A stretch of 64,000 nucleotides of DNA from Octopus sinensis (taxonomy: Eukaryota): assembly GCF_006345805.1 (NCBI RefSeq), contig NC_043003.1, positions 62,248,001 through 62,312,000 of the forward strand, written 5' to 3'. The first letter of the stretch is position 1. Each line of letters begins with the position of its first letter. This document shows positions 1 to 12,648 of the stretch, piece after piece. The notes below the pieces were generated by a model. That model was not told the DNA's origin. It saw only the letters and a program-made list of their open reading frames with translations, and made no database searches. Made by a program: the position numbers and the translations under genes.

Positions 1-40
<40 letters not shown>

Positions 41-50
41 TATATATATA

Positions 51-183
51 TGACAGGCTTCTTTCAGTTTCTGTCTACCAAATCCACTCTGGTTGGTCCA
101 AGAGTATAATAGAAGACACTTGCCATGCAGTAGGACTGATCCCGAAACCATGTGGTTTGGATGTAAGCTTCTTACCACACAGC
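51..183 (-). mobile_element. tRNA-derived SINE, family A (microsatellite-centred), 5' half
   Basis: Reverse complement reads gctgtgtggtaagaagctt...ccacatggtt..gggatcagtcctactgcatggcaagtgtcttct..gtggatttggtagacagaaactgaaagaagcctgtc then (TA)n; matches the copies at 47895, 52473 and 60080. Confidence 0.85.
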
Positions 184-200
184 AAATTGTGTGCCTATGT

Positions 201-233
<33 letters not shown>

Positions 234-324
234 CATCAGTGTATTATATATTTGAAATAGAAGCACACTCTCAAGCATAGAGCAGTATTGTATATATATA
301 GAGTTAAATATATGTCTAGTGATT

Positions 325-385
325 GAGTGACCAATAGTTTTGTATTCATAAAGGGGTTTAGCCCTATAGACAACTTGTCAGATTC
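325..385 (-). ncRNA. Type I hammerhead ribozyme motif (CpG-decayed core)
   Basis: Reverse complement: gaat-CTGACAA-gttgtctatagggctaaacccctttatgaatac-AAAAC-tattg-GTC-actc. Confidence 0.65.
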
Positions 386-423
386 GAAATCCAAAAGCAA
401 ATAAATTATTTGCCTTTAGCATT

Positions 424-485
424 AGAGTCTGACGAGTTGTCTATGGGGCTATGATCTTTATGGATGTGAAGCTATTGGTTGCTCT
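424..485 (+). ncRNA. Type I hammerhead ribozyme motif (GAAA mutated to GAAG)
   Basis: agagt-CTGACGA-gtt[gtctatgggg/tctttatggat]gt-GAAG-c tattg g-TT-gctct; stem I is agagt/gctct. Confidence 0.7.
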
Positions 486-579
486 ATGACTGGGCATATA
501 CTTAACTGCATAGAAATATATTATTTCTCTATGCTTTAGAGCGTACTTATTTTTTGAATATATGATACATACATATATA

Positions 580-1445
580 TAGGGTGTGGTGAATAGACTC
601 TCGTTTAAATTACGAAAAATGAAAATAACACTGACTTCTCATTTTAAAAGACATATTTTACCAATACTAAAGAGTAAATTTATTCAATAAAATCGCCATT
701 GGCTTCAATCATGGCCTCCAGACAACTTTGGAATCTCCTGCATCTCTTCTGAACAGTCCCCCTGTTTAAGTTGGTGAATGCTGCCATAATCCTTGCTTTC
801 AGTTCATCTTTGGTGTTACAAGGAGTTTTGTTGATCTCTTGCTCAACAGCACCCCCACACATAATAATGAAGTGGGTTGCAATCTAGAGAGTTGGGTGGC
901 CAGATGTTAGGGTGATGTGATCACAAAAATTGTCTGACAGCCATGACTGGATTCTCCTACTTGTGTGGCATGGTGCAGAGTCCTGTTGCCAGACATAAGG
1001 TATTTCAGCAGCCAGCCTCTTGACCCAGGACAGCACTACCTCCTCCAGGCACTTGATGTAGGCCTCTGTGTTAAGTGTGAGGCCGTGTGGGTAGCTGAAT
1101 GGGGGCATAATGTCCCCATCACTAGTGATCACTCCAAACACCATGATGGTGCCTGGATATTTGATTTTTTATCACTCCCAGTCCATGTCCTCAAATTGCA
1201 CTGCCCTCAGATTGACACCCAAACATTCTGAAATATTCGTATTGGAGTTTCTGGTATGAATGCCAAAGCAGTACAGTATATCATTTCCAAATTTCTAGCA
1301 GAGTGAACTGCATTATGGTGCAGTTCTTACAGATGGCACCCAACTGACCCTGTTATACCATGTAGTCAACAAAATCAAAAACAAACCATATACATGCACG
1401 AAATTAAAAATATAATTTGGTGTCAATTTACCCATTGCACCCTTT
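580..1445 (-). mobile_element. Tc1/mariner DD37D (maT-like) transposon, internally deleted
   Basis: MVFGVITSDG...YVWQQDSAPCHTS...(frameshift)WPPNSLDCNPL..W...KDELKARI...IEANGDFIE; both ends begin agggtg; homologous to 41279-42115. Confidence 0.9.
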
Positions 1446-1463
1446 ATTTATGCACATATGTGT

Positions 1464-1468
1464 TTATA

Positions 1469-1504
<36 letters not shown>

Positions 1505-1593
1505 TGTATGTATGTATGTATGTATGTATGTATGTATGTATGTACGTACGTACGTACGTACGTACGTACGTACGTACGTATGTATGTATGTAT
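1464..1593. repeat. Compound microsatellite (TA)n(TATG)n(TACG)n(TATG)n
   Basis: Read directly. Confidence 0.97.
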
Positions 1594-1598
1594 GCCAG

Positions 1599-1755
1599 CA
1601 TTTAATGTTCACTCCCCATGATGTCATGGGTTGGATGATTTGACAGGCTCTGGTGACTTGTGAGGCTGTATCAGGCTCCAGTGTTACCTCTGGCATGGCT
1701 TCTGTGGCTGGATGCCCTTCCTAATGTTAGACATTTTACAGAGTATGCTGGATAT
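1599..1755 (-). mobile_element. Old RTE 3'-tail fragment or RTE-tailed SINE
   Basis: ggctggatgcccttcctaatg and catgggttggatgatttgac match the RTE 3' UTR at 22302-22480. Confidence 0.7.
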
Positions 1756-4700
1756 ACAGATTGCTATTTGATACTGACACTGCTTCAATCACTAATAACT
1801 AAGTCTGATTATTTGAAATTTTTTTGAGAATATAGCATGACAAACATTTGTGAGTATCAAATGGCACCATTGCTTTTCTATTGTCAGAAATCAAGTTGTT
1901 GTAGACATGGCAACTGTACCATGTATAGATGAATATCAATGAAGAGTTGAAGATGAAGGCTAAGTCACATCCTTCTGGCATAGTCTGAAGACCTTGTAGT
2001 GGGTCAAGTAGTTAAATTGCAAACTCAGTGTAATCTCGTAGAAAAGAAAAGATCCCGACCAACTGGGTCAAGAAAAATGTAGAGAAGTGGAGGATCTCAT
2101 GGTTGGGTGGAGGCTAGAATACAAGCACAGAATAGACGAAATTAGTGAGTCTATAGAGAAGCCCTTTGCATGAAGTAGAGTTGATGTCAGAAATATACAC
2201 ATGTGTGTGTGTGCATGTGTGCACGTGCAGGTGTTGTTGTTGTACTCTTTTTCCATGCTCATTCATTGGTTAATCATGCAAGCATCAAATGAATAGAAAT
2301 TCATCAATTAAGCAAGATAAGCTGTAAGCCTTGATGAAATTTGAGCAATGATTACCTTAATTTTCAACATAATGTATGTATGCATGTATGTGAATGCGTA
2401 ATATAATTTTGTGAGCTGCCATCAAAATTATGTGTAGTAGTAATTTTAGCCAAAGCTGATATAAAATTGTTCTTTCCACAATTATTCTGGTTTTTCTAAT
2501 TTAACTGCCTATATTAAATTGATTTATTTCTCTAGGGAATTGATTTAATTCTATAGATAGATACACTAATGATCCAAATTCTCTTCACTATAAAATAGAA
2601 AACAAACTCATGCTTGTGATAATATTTGAAGAAATCAACGAAGCTCAAACAATAGGTGTCAATTAATAGAAAATTTAAATATTTCAAATTATAAGAAATG
2701 AAAACTATCATATCTCATAAGAGTTAATTATATGAATAAAGATATATGAGACTAATCATTAATCTTAAAATTTTACTGAAAAATAGTTGCAGAATTTTTT
2801 GCTATTAAGACATTTATGGAGTACGGGTATTAAATATAGTTCTCTACTTTTACTTTATAAACAATAACATTTTCAAATGCACGTTTATATTTCTAAATTT
2901 GAAGAAAATAAAAGCAATTATTGCATTATGGACAAATTTAAGTTCACTCTATTCATGCAAAATTAATTAAATATTCATAATGTATAACTAACAAAAATCA
3001 GAAAATAAACTTTTACTAAAATTCAACCCAAAACTTCATGACTGTTTAATATTCTTTGAGATAGCAAGAGGATGCCATCATTGTTGCTCTTGTCTGTCTT
3101 TTAACATTTATTTTTCAGTACTGAAAAATACTACATGAATATATTAAATTGACTCCCTCTAGCTATTGTTAGTACCAAACATTATTCTTTTAATGTCAAC
3201 ATTCTTCAATCAGTTATAGTCACTTTATTCTGTATTATTAATTAAGTTTACTATGAATTCTATCAACCATTATTTGATAACATTTTGTCAAAAAGTTTCA
3301 TTGTATTATATTTTAATATCCTCTTTTCTTAGTAGAACTTTATACCTCTAATTCCTGATTATTTTCTTATCTTACAAGAATGTGGTCAATTTCTCGTGAT
3401 TACACTCTTTTCATTCTATACATTTCATTTGTGGCATTTGGAGAGTATTTCTTTTATATCGTAAAAGGTGGAGCTGTTCACTTCTCTAGTGCTGTCTTTT
3501 TTCCTCGTTCCTTGGTTTTATGGTTCTTTTCACCATTTTAAAACACTAAAGTTGGCTATCTGTCGTGTCCTTCCAAAAGGTAATTTTAATGGCATTTTGT
3601 GAATTATTTTTAGCAAGATATTTGAATCGTTTTTTCTTCTCACCAATAGCACTTGCCTATATACCAATCACCATAAAAATATAAAAATAGGTGAATATTG
3701 AGTATATATATGCATTACCCATGAGGTTTTAGTCTTCTGAAACTGAGTGAAATATGGTCTGTATATTGGTTGAAACTTGCACATTGGAATTTTTCATTTT
3801 GTACAGTCTCTCTTGTAGCAGTTTATGTATAATGATTAATACTGCTTTCTGTGAGACACATGATATATCATATTGTGAGACAGATGATAGGGCATTTTGC
3901 AATCAATTACATATTTATTGATGATAGGTAGTTTTATATTCTGAGCTAGAAGAGATAATAGAAAAAAATAACTGTAGTAAGAAAGAGACAGGAGTTTAGG
4001 GAGATTATTATTCTGTTGGTTACAAAAGGTGTCTCTTTCTGCTTAAAAAGAAGACTTTAAAATATTCACGATAAGATAGCTGCTACCATATAGGGAGGCA
4101 TTGACTACTGAAAGTTTTTAGTATCTGGAAAGAAATAAGTTGAGCATAATTTGTTAGATGTGCAGTATTTACTCAAAGAAAAAAACAACAAACACAGTTT
4201 AGGTGAGATCATGATTGGGCATCAAAGATATTGATGAATGTTTGCAAGAGAGATGATTGTGGCTGACAGAACATGTGTTGAGAAGTAGTGGACAAAAAAA
4301 TGTCACTAGAAAGGATTCACAACAGAAAAATAAAGAAGCAAGTGGAAGAAGTGATGAGGTCAAATTGACATGTATAAAATGATAAGGAATCATGATTAGT
4401 ATATTGTTTATGAAAGATTCAGCCAATCAGTCAGTGTCTAATACATTTTGAAATGATAATGATGAGTCTTCTGGTCTTGCTATCATTCTCATTAAACATT
4501 CTAAAATACTGAGTTAGATGAACCTCGGCTTACAATAAGAGATAAAATGACACCATCAGAGACAGTTTTAAAATAGTAGAATAGTAATCAAAAATAAGAT
4601 AGTTTGGTACCTTAGAGTCTAAAGACTAGAAATTATGAAGATTTTTAACATTAGAAATAATTGCATGCTTTCTAGTATATCAACAACTTAAATATGTATC

Positions 4701-5533
4701 CAGCTCAAAAATAAGATTATCATTCCATTGTCAGACTTGAGAGATGAGCAACTATTCACAGTGAAGAGGACATGATAATGAATTTGTGTATTCACAATAT
4801 TTTATTGTTTGTAAGCTTTGGAATAGTCATTCTATTGCTAACTTTTTTGTTATTTTCAATGATCATCTGTTTTAAATACATATATTCAAGAAACAGAGTA
4901 AAAATGTTTTGCTTCCTATGTAATATATAAATTTGAATTATTGCCGAGTTTCTATTTGGAAGAATTTTTTACATTAAATTTAAACTTCCTTTCAATGTGA
5001 TAGGATTATTGTCAATTAATTTTCTGTTGATATTGTATTATCTGTTTATTTTTGTAACCATAAATGATTAACTTCCTGAGAAATTTTGGAAACCTGACAA
5101 AATTGATTTACAATATAATTTCTATAATATAAACATTATTTTGTAATCTAACTGTCTACAAAAGTTAGTCGAAGCTATACTGCCCATGCTAGAAGACAAA
5201 TTAGTGTGGCAGTTTGAATTGTAAATAATATTTTGGATAAACATGCTCTATACTATGCAAACATTTTCTTTATTATTTCTACTTATTTTTATGGTGTGAA
5301 AAAGTATAGGTAGTGATGCATTGTTTTTTTCTATTTTTTTTTTCTTTTCTAATGATGACAATTTACAATAAAACAAATTAACCCAAGGTAGTTATAAAGC
5401 CATTAAACTATAATGGGATAGTTATACCAATATTTATGTGCTAAATTCAGTGTAAAATTCATAACTCTTTGGTTTATTATTTGCTTTGTTTCTCCAGTGC
5501 AGTGAGAGACATGGTAATTTTGATAGTATATAT

Positions 5534-5748
5534 ATTGGTTTCAAATTTTGGCTCAGGCTCAGCAATTTCAATGGTGGAGTAAGTTGATTACAAAGACTCC
5601 AGTGCTCATTTGGTTTTTATTTTATCAATTCGAAAAGGATGAAAGGCAAAGTCTACCCCAGAAGAATTTGAACTCAGAGCATATAGACAAATGAAATGCC
5701 ACTAAGCATTTTGCTCAATATGCTAATGATTCTGCCAGCTTGCTGCCT
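5534..5748 (-). mobile_element. SINE family B with 16-bp TSD
   Basis: Reverse complement ggcagcaagctggcagaatcattagc...ctctgagttcaaattc..tttgcctttcatcc; ttttgatagtatatat at 5518-5533 and 5749-5764. Confidence 0.85.
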
Positions 5749-6689
5749 TTTTGATAGTATATATTAATTTTTCAATTGTGTAATTTGTCTAACTTTGAAA
5801 GGATATATCCATTAATTTTCATAAATCATGTCTAAATAGGTAATCTATCTACTACTTTGACTTACATCTTTTTTCCGATATCTTGAGATGGATACTGCTT
5901 TAACATGTATTCTTTGATTTAAAAAAGGGAGAATATTTTATTTCTTTTGATAAAACAGTAAAAAGTATGCAAAAATATATTCTTCTCAAATATTCATAAA
6001 ATAGTTCCAATACACAAGACATACAAAATAGCACTTTTATTTTTAATTGCCAAGATATGCATTATTTTTAACAAAAATGCAGATATGAAACTGAGTTTCA
6101 GTAAAATCCTATTTGATTTGAAAAAGCTATTTCAATTTCCAAATGAGGTACAATTTCTGAGAGGCAAGATAAGACATCGTTTTGGTTGATGCAACGGTAT
6201 AAAGTATTGAGATACTGGAAATAATGAATTCAGGTACTTTTTAGATTAGATGCACTAACTTATTCTCCCTTATAATTAGAAAAAATTTAATGCTGGTATG
6301 TTTTATTTTGGTAGCAATATTAAATTTTAAATCATATGCTCCAGCAACTTATGCAACTGACCAAATCATCAAAAGTAAGGAGGAAAGGTGTGTAAAATAT
6401 TGAGAAATTGAATTATGTAGATAACTTAATTTAAGTTCTTTCAGATCTAAACTCCCTTTCCCCTACCATGAGTTTTGCTGCAATTTAATCTCAGCAATTT
6501 ATCATTTTATGCAGGTGATTATAGTCAGCCTGTCTGCATGTGAGTGGGTGTGTACATATGTGCACTTGTGTTTATTTGTGGAAGGCTTGGGAATAATCAT
6601 TTTTGTATAATTTAATCAGGAAGGAGAGAAATGTCTCGAGAATTTTTATGCCCTCTTCAACTGGAAGAAAGTAATCACTTGGTAATATC

Positions 6690-7150
6690 AATACTGATTA
6701 ATGTTTAATGTGAACTTCCAAAGGTCAGTTATGTTTGAGTTTTGGAGGACATTGCTGTTAATTCTCAATTCATGAAATTATGCATGGCTACTAGGAAGTT
6801 GTTGTGTAGTCCCAGGCCAGCTGTCAGCAAATCAATCCATGATGTATGGTATTCCATCCAACTCATTTCTTTGTGTATCAGGAATAACATTGTCCAGAGT
6901 GTCCTTCCTTTTATAAAATGGAGGGTGTAATTTGAGAATGATGCTATTTCTAATATGCTGAGTAACTGCATAGAGACTGTTTGTGGCTGAGTGTAAGTGA
7001 GCCCTCGGTTGAAAGAATAATATGCTTATGCTTGAGTGGTTTTTATCTGCATGAAAATGCATGTAGTTAGAGATGGCAGTGAGTTGTTCTGGGTGCTTTA
7101 GTTTAAAGAAACAAAAGAACCCTCTTAGAATTGGTGATAGTGACCTAACC
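6690..7150 (-). mobile_element. Very old possible Penelope-like RT remnant
   Basis: Only weak motif echoes (FHADKNHSSIS ~ FDIxxFYPSIS; LGLHNNFL ~ GLYRDDGL). Confidence 0.3.
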
Positions 7151-8412
7151 AACTGGGTAACTTAAATGCCTCAAAGAACCACCACAGTGCATATGTTGTA
7201 GAGTAATTTGGTGTTAGGTGAGATCTAGGGATAAGTTTTGATCACATGATCTTAAAGGCGAATATATAGTAAGATTGAAACAGTGATCAAAACTGAAGAT
7301 GATGAGGTCAAAAATGTTCAGTCATTAGGTGATTCATTAGCACATATAGAAGACACCCATATATCACATGAAATTCACATCCTTTGTTAATTGGATGATT
7401 TTCATTTGCCAGATCTTTTAAGTTGTTTGATTTTAATGGAAAAGGCACATTGCTACCAGCATACAGTCACATTGACTGCTCTACTTAATAAATTGAGAGA
7501 AAGAGAGAACAAAAGCTGTAAAGAATATTTTTATACAAAAAAAGCATTCATATATGATACTAGAGAGGGCTCTAATAGATGCAGTTGTGGAAATAATACT
7601 AGTGAAGGAAAATAATGATAGAAAAGGCAATAATCATTTATGACTGGTTCCATTAGCTTTGAAATATATATTGGTGGCTATTTTCAGAGGTAATTTTAAA
7701 AATTTTTTATAGATCCCATGATTGCATATTTCAGGCAAATAATAGTAATAAAAGGAATACAGGAGATGAAAGAAGTTTACTGAAGATTCAGAAACATATA
7801 AGGAACACCTTGCATAGGGATGGCTGTGAGCATACCAAATTATAGTGATGAATAAGCACATTTAGTGTAGTTAAAATCATTTTAATAAGAAACTAAAATC
7901 CAAAGCATCCATCGGGGTAGGTGGAGACTAAACTGTCACATACTGAGCATTGTATAGAGATATAATTTGTTTCATTGCAAGGATTTCTTTTATGTAAATG
8001 AAATGAACACCTCAGGGTGTTTGTTTCAAGCTGTGTTTTCTGGGTTTAAATCTTTAATAATGTGGGGTATATGAAGAACATGCATAAAATAAAATGTCAT
8101 CAGCTTAGTAACTTCTGACTATTTGGTGATAAAACATTGTTATTATTATGCGTAGTCAGCTTAGAATTGATGTTAATCTAACCAAGTGGGTAACTTAAAT
8201 GCTCAAAAGAACCATGATATCTTAGAGTATTTTGGTGTTGGGTGAAATTTAGTGATAAGAGTTTGTTTACATGATCTTAAAAGTTAATAGATGGTAAAAT
8301 TGAAATAGAGATCAAATTGACGATCTTCATTTTGTAGGTCTATTAAATCATTTTATTTTAATTGAAAAGGTACATTGTGCCTACTATCAACATGCAGTCA
8401 TATTGACTACTT
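7145..8412 (+). repeat. Diverged direct repeat pair 7145-7485 / 8178-8412
   Basis: Shared aaccaa-tgggtaacttaaatgc, tttggtgtt-ggtga, acatgatcttaaa, gaaaagg-acattg, cagtca-attgact; about 110 bp are missing from the second copy. Confidence 0.75.
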
Positions 8413-11400
8413 CTTTCATTATTGCTTCATTTTAAACATATATTGTTATTCTTTATTTACTTGTCCATGCTTATGATACACAACATCTATCTCTTACCAT
8501 TGCTGTGTCCATTTAATGAATGATCTTAAAATCATTTGTTCTAGATACTGATTATAGGAGTCAGATGTATTATGTAGCTTAAACTTAATAGCTTATGAAG
8601 AAATCATTTAATGTCAGAAAAACTAGCTTAAGGTTTTATAATAATTAACTGTCATAAAATGGTGAGAGTAATTAGAACCTTCAAGTTAACTTTGGACTGC
8701 TTTTGATAGATTATAATTTCTAGTTGACATTTGTAGTTAGTTTCTGAAAGAAAAATATCCCAGAAGATGAAAATAATTTCAAAAATATTAATTCATGAAT
8801 TAGTTTTAATAAATTGTAACAAAATAAAATACTCTTAGAGTAATGAAGATTCTGTTGTGATATGTATATAAATCAGTCAAGTAAGTTTCTGAGTTCAAGT
8901 CTCATCGAATTTTGTTTACTCCTCATTGACACTCATCTCTGTTGGCTAGAAAAACTTGGGCTGTAATCAGTTGATTTAACTACACACATTCTATCAAAAT
9001 AAAGTGTTTTGTCTAGTAGAAGGAAATGAATATTTTTTATGTTTTATTTTTTTGAAATTGATTTTATTGCTCTGACAAACAAAAATTAAAATATTTCCTT
9101 TGTTTCTCAGTATATTTGCTTTAAATATATTAGAAGTTCATGACTAATTAGATTGCTTCAAAGATATATGATATAAAAGTATAGCATTAACAAATAGTAA
9201 AGCTGGATAACTTTAATGGAAACAGAAAATTTAACTTGCAATACAATATAGTTATGGGACTTATCTTATAGAGGTTGAAATGTCAGAGAATTAGTCTCCA
9301 TGACTCTAGCTTAATTACCCTTCAGTTGAAGTCTGTGGATTTTATCCTAGGAGCATCACCATTGCAAAGCCAATAAGTCAAGACCTTAAGTAAAATCCAC
9401 TTGAGTAATTGTCAGTAGCCCAACTGATAAAACAGACCTGTATTTAATTCAATTAATAATGGTTGTTGGAACATTAAACAATATCAGAAGAATTTTCTTT
9501 CTGAAATATTTGAAAGAGACACTGTTTGAAGCTGATTGTCACTTTTATTGTTATCTTTGATCTTATTATATAACCCTCTGAAAAATTGATTTAAAAGAAT
9601 ATTTTCCTTGTAAAGTCATAAAGTTTCAAATAACTACATTTCTCAAAGTATTTCAAGTGTAATTTATAGATTTAATCTGTTTATAATTATAAATATTTTG
9701 TTCTAGAAAATAGTTTTTATTACAATCAAACATTCACATATTTCAAATCTCCTTACAATAGAATATACCCATTGATTTTTATTTTCTATATCTCTTTAAC
9801 TTTGTATAATTTTTGTCTTTTTTTTTTGTTATCAGGTTTAAAGTGAATGAAAATAATATTGCTTGATCACTTGGATTTTTTCCTGTAAAAGATAATATAT
9901 TAGTAGAATGCTTTTGATTAAAATTTATAAAATCAATTGTCATTTTCATCATTAAAAGTCCACTCAAAAATTCTTCAGGTTTATTCATACACATTGATTT
10001 TCTATAAAATCCTAAAGAAACTTCAGATATTATCATTAGATATTTTTTCTTCAACTGTTATTACTCAGCAGTCTTATTATATTATAATCAAAACTCTTCT
10101 TGTTTTCACTTTCATTTTAATTTTTCTTTGTGTAATTTTGTGTTATTGTGTGTGTTAGAAAGATAGAGAAGTAGAATGAAAGTATCACTAAGCTTTGATC
10201 TTTAGTATTTTTGATTTTAGTTGAGATTTTATCATCTTCAAATTCTGTAAATCAGAATGGTAACAGTTAATAGCTTTTGGCAGTATTTCAGAGTGGTGGA
10301 TATTTTTTGAAGGAGCTACTGTAAAAGTATATATATATTTGTTGTGCCTTACCTTTATCATATATGAATGTTGTCTAATAATCATACACTAACATCTATC
10401 TGTATTACTGTTTTGAGACAAATCAATTTTTGAAAAGGTATTTTTCTTGTCCAATGCTGTATTAGTACATTTTCTTAAAGCCAGTAAAATAATGGCCTGC
10501 CATATGAAATATACTTCATATAATACAATATTTAAAAACTTTGAAACTATTCTCTATACTAATACTACTGATAACATCCAAATTTTTTGCACCAAACATT
10601 ACACTTGTGGATATTAATGCTGGACTACTGATCCCACAATCATAAGTTCAAACTTTACTTTCATTATCCTATTGTGATGACTAATATATAACTACACTTG
10701 TTTAAAGACATATAATGATTACACAACCTGTTTAACAGTTTGACCTACTCCTTAATGAATGTGAATTTCTTAGAGAGTGGAAAAAAGTTGGATGTAAAAC
10801 CAAGTAAAATATCCATGTCTATTGTTTACATCATAAGAATGGAGCAATTTTGAAAGATATGAAATAATTGCTTTACCCAGTGGAACTTGAAATAGATAAA
10901 GCATGTAGAAAATTGGTCCCTGGCAGCCTTTGACCTTTTACCATCCAAGAAATTTGAACCCAGTATTCTAGATGGCATTATTTATAGCTTATATACTACA
11001 AATCCCATCTTTAAAAATGATTTATCCATATATACATAAGTATGTGATCAAGGATGAATTTTACATCTATACTGATTTACTTGAGTTCATTAAATTAACC
11101 TATTGTTATCATTTTGCAACCAAAGCATTTTTGATTTTCATAATAATATTTTTCATATTTGAACATTGAATATAAATGCTAAATCATATTGCTTCAATTC
11201 AGCCATTATATTTTACTTCTTTTCTTTATAGTTATCTTTAAATGATGTTTACCAACTTTATGAATCAAAGAAACAAGTTACTTGATTTCTTTTTATATCA
11301 TTTCTTCTATTCTGGAATAAATGTGGGACCTATATCTAAAGTAGAGAAATATGAAAATATAAAGTCTTATTTTGCTAAAGGTCACAATTCATTGTGAGAA

Positions 11401-11519
11401 AATTGAGCCCAAATTCATAACTTTTGGATCTGTTTCTATATTTAAGCGATGAGGAATTATGCACATTATTTACATTATTTACATTCAACAGATATTTGTC
11501 CTCATCTTCTTTGTTAGTT

Positions 11520-11565
11520 AACACAATGTTTCAGCTGATATAACCTCCAGCCTTCTTCAGGTATC
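11520..11565 (-). ncRNA. Minimal PLE-type hammerhead motif
   Basis: Reverse complement: gatac-CTGAAGA-a[ggctg gaggttatat cagct]-GAAA-cATT-gtgtt; the two arms imply an ancestral GAAACGTT. Confidence 0.68.
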
Positions 11566-11620
11566 TTGGGGAAATTTCGAACCTGGGTTCTCATTCCTAA
11601 GGTATTTTTTGATGTTATTA

Positions 11621-11672
<52 letters not shown>

Positions 11673-11922
11673 TGTTGTTGTTGTTGTTATTGTTCAGGTC
11701 ACTACTTGGAATCTTGGAGCTAGTAGCCCGCGCTCTTAACCACTATGCCATGGGCATATGGTGTAGTGATTAAGAGCGCGGGCTACTAACCCCAAGATTC
11801 CGAGTTTGATTCCAAGCAGTGACCTGAACAATAACAACAACAATAACAATGATAATAATGATAATAATAATAACATCGAAAAATACCTTAGGAATGAGAA
11901 CCCATGTTTGAAATTTCCCCAA

Positions 11923-11968
11923 GACACCTGAAGAAGGCTGGAGGGTATATCAGCTGAAAAGTTGTGTT
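11923..11968 (+). ncRNA. Minimal PLE-type hammerhead motif
   Basis: gacac-CTGAAGA-a[ggctg gagggtatat cagct]-GAAA-aGTT-gtgtt; stem I is gacac/gtgtt. Confidence 0.7.
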
Positions 11969-12321
11969 AACAACAAACACGATGAGGACAAATATTTGTC
12001 AAATGTAAATAATGTTCTTTGGATCTGTTGATCATCTTCTTAACCACTTAAGTCACTACATCACATCAGTGGAACATTGATATTAGCTATTTTATTTGTC
12101 AAGAAGCTTATCAAATAATAAATATGTATGAAACACTGACCGAATATGACTTGAGTGATTTGTCAAACCATGCATTAAATCTTTGCAATATAGTAAGAGA
12201 CACAATAATAGCTTAATCATTAAAATATTAGCTTTTAAAAATTTTTAAATGCCATCATCATAATTCTGTTCAAATACATCACTTGCTATTAAGGAATTAA
12301 ATGGGCTTTACACATGCAGGT

Positions 12322-12648
12322 GTGAGGGCGCGTGGCTTAGTGGTTAGGGCATTCGGCTCATGATCGTAAGGTTGTGAGTTTGATTCCCGGCGATGCGTTG
12401 TGTCCTTGAGCAAGACACTTTATTTCACGTTGCTCCAGTCCACTCAGCTGGCAAAAATGAGTTGTACTTGTATTTCAAAGGGTCAGCCTTGTCACTCTCT
12501 GTGTCACGCTGATTATCCCCGAGAACTACGTTAAGGGTACACGTGTCTGTGGAATGCTCAGCCATTTGCACGTTAATTTCATGAGCAAGCTGTTCCGTTG
12601 ATCGTATCAGCTGGGACCCTCGTCGTCGTAACCGGCGGAGTCTTTAAA
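12322..12648 (+). mobile_element. Young tRNA-derived CORE-like SINE (family C1) with 12-bp TSD
   Basis: A box tggcttagtgg, B box gagtttgattccc, core gtgtccttgagcaagacacttta...cagctggcaaaaatgagt; TSD acacatgcaggt at 12310-12321 and 12649-12660; CpGs retained. Confidence 0.92.

Larger units (their letters stand above)
241..568. mobile_element. Palindromic (head-to-head) element with a hammerhead motif in each arm
   Basis: The arms are reverse complements (gccctatagacaacttgtcagattc / gagtctgacgagttgtctatggggc; caagcatagag / ctctatgcttt), centred near 404, with TA-rich microsatellite on both sides. Confidence 0.8.
11435..12017. mobile_element. Palindromic head-to-head dimer of a tRNA-headed, hammerhead-tailed SINE-like element
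   Basis: Arms ~11462-11751 and ~11758-12015 are reverse complements. Each has a tRNA-like head (ggtgtagtgattaagagcgcgggctact...gagtttgattcc), (AAT/AAC)n and an HHR tail. The 12-bp direct repeat tttggatctgtt lies at 11423-11434 and 12018-12029. Confidence 0.88.

Noticed and set aside
1394-1696. ORFs with MYVC/TYIH repeats
   Set aside because: Translations of a tetranucleotide microsatellite
2500-3100. Possible PLE remnant
   Set aside because: Motif echoes too weak to call by eye
5498-5513. 16-nt plus-strand microexon (tctccag|...|gtaatt)
   Set aside because: Such splice-like signals arise by chance in AT-rich DNA; no partner exons or homology
6515-6539. 25-nt plus-strand microexon (tatgcag|...|gtgagt)
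   Set aside because: No supporting reading frame or homology without RNA data
11759-11825. tRNA gene
   Set aside because: No complete cloverleaf or pol III terminator; it continues into a repeat body, so it is a SINE head. The same applies at 12322 and 24181
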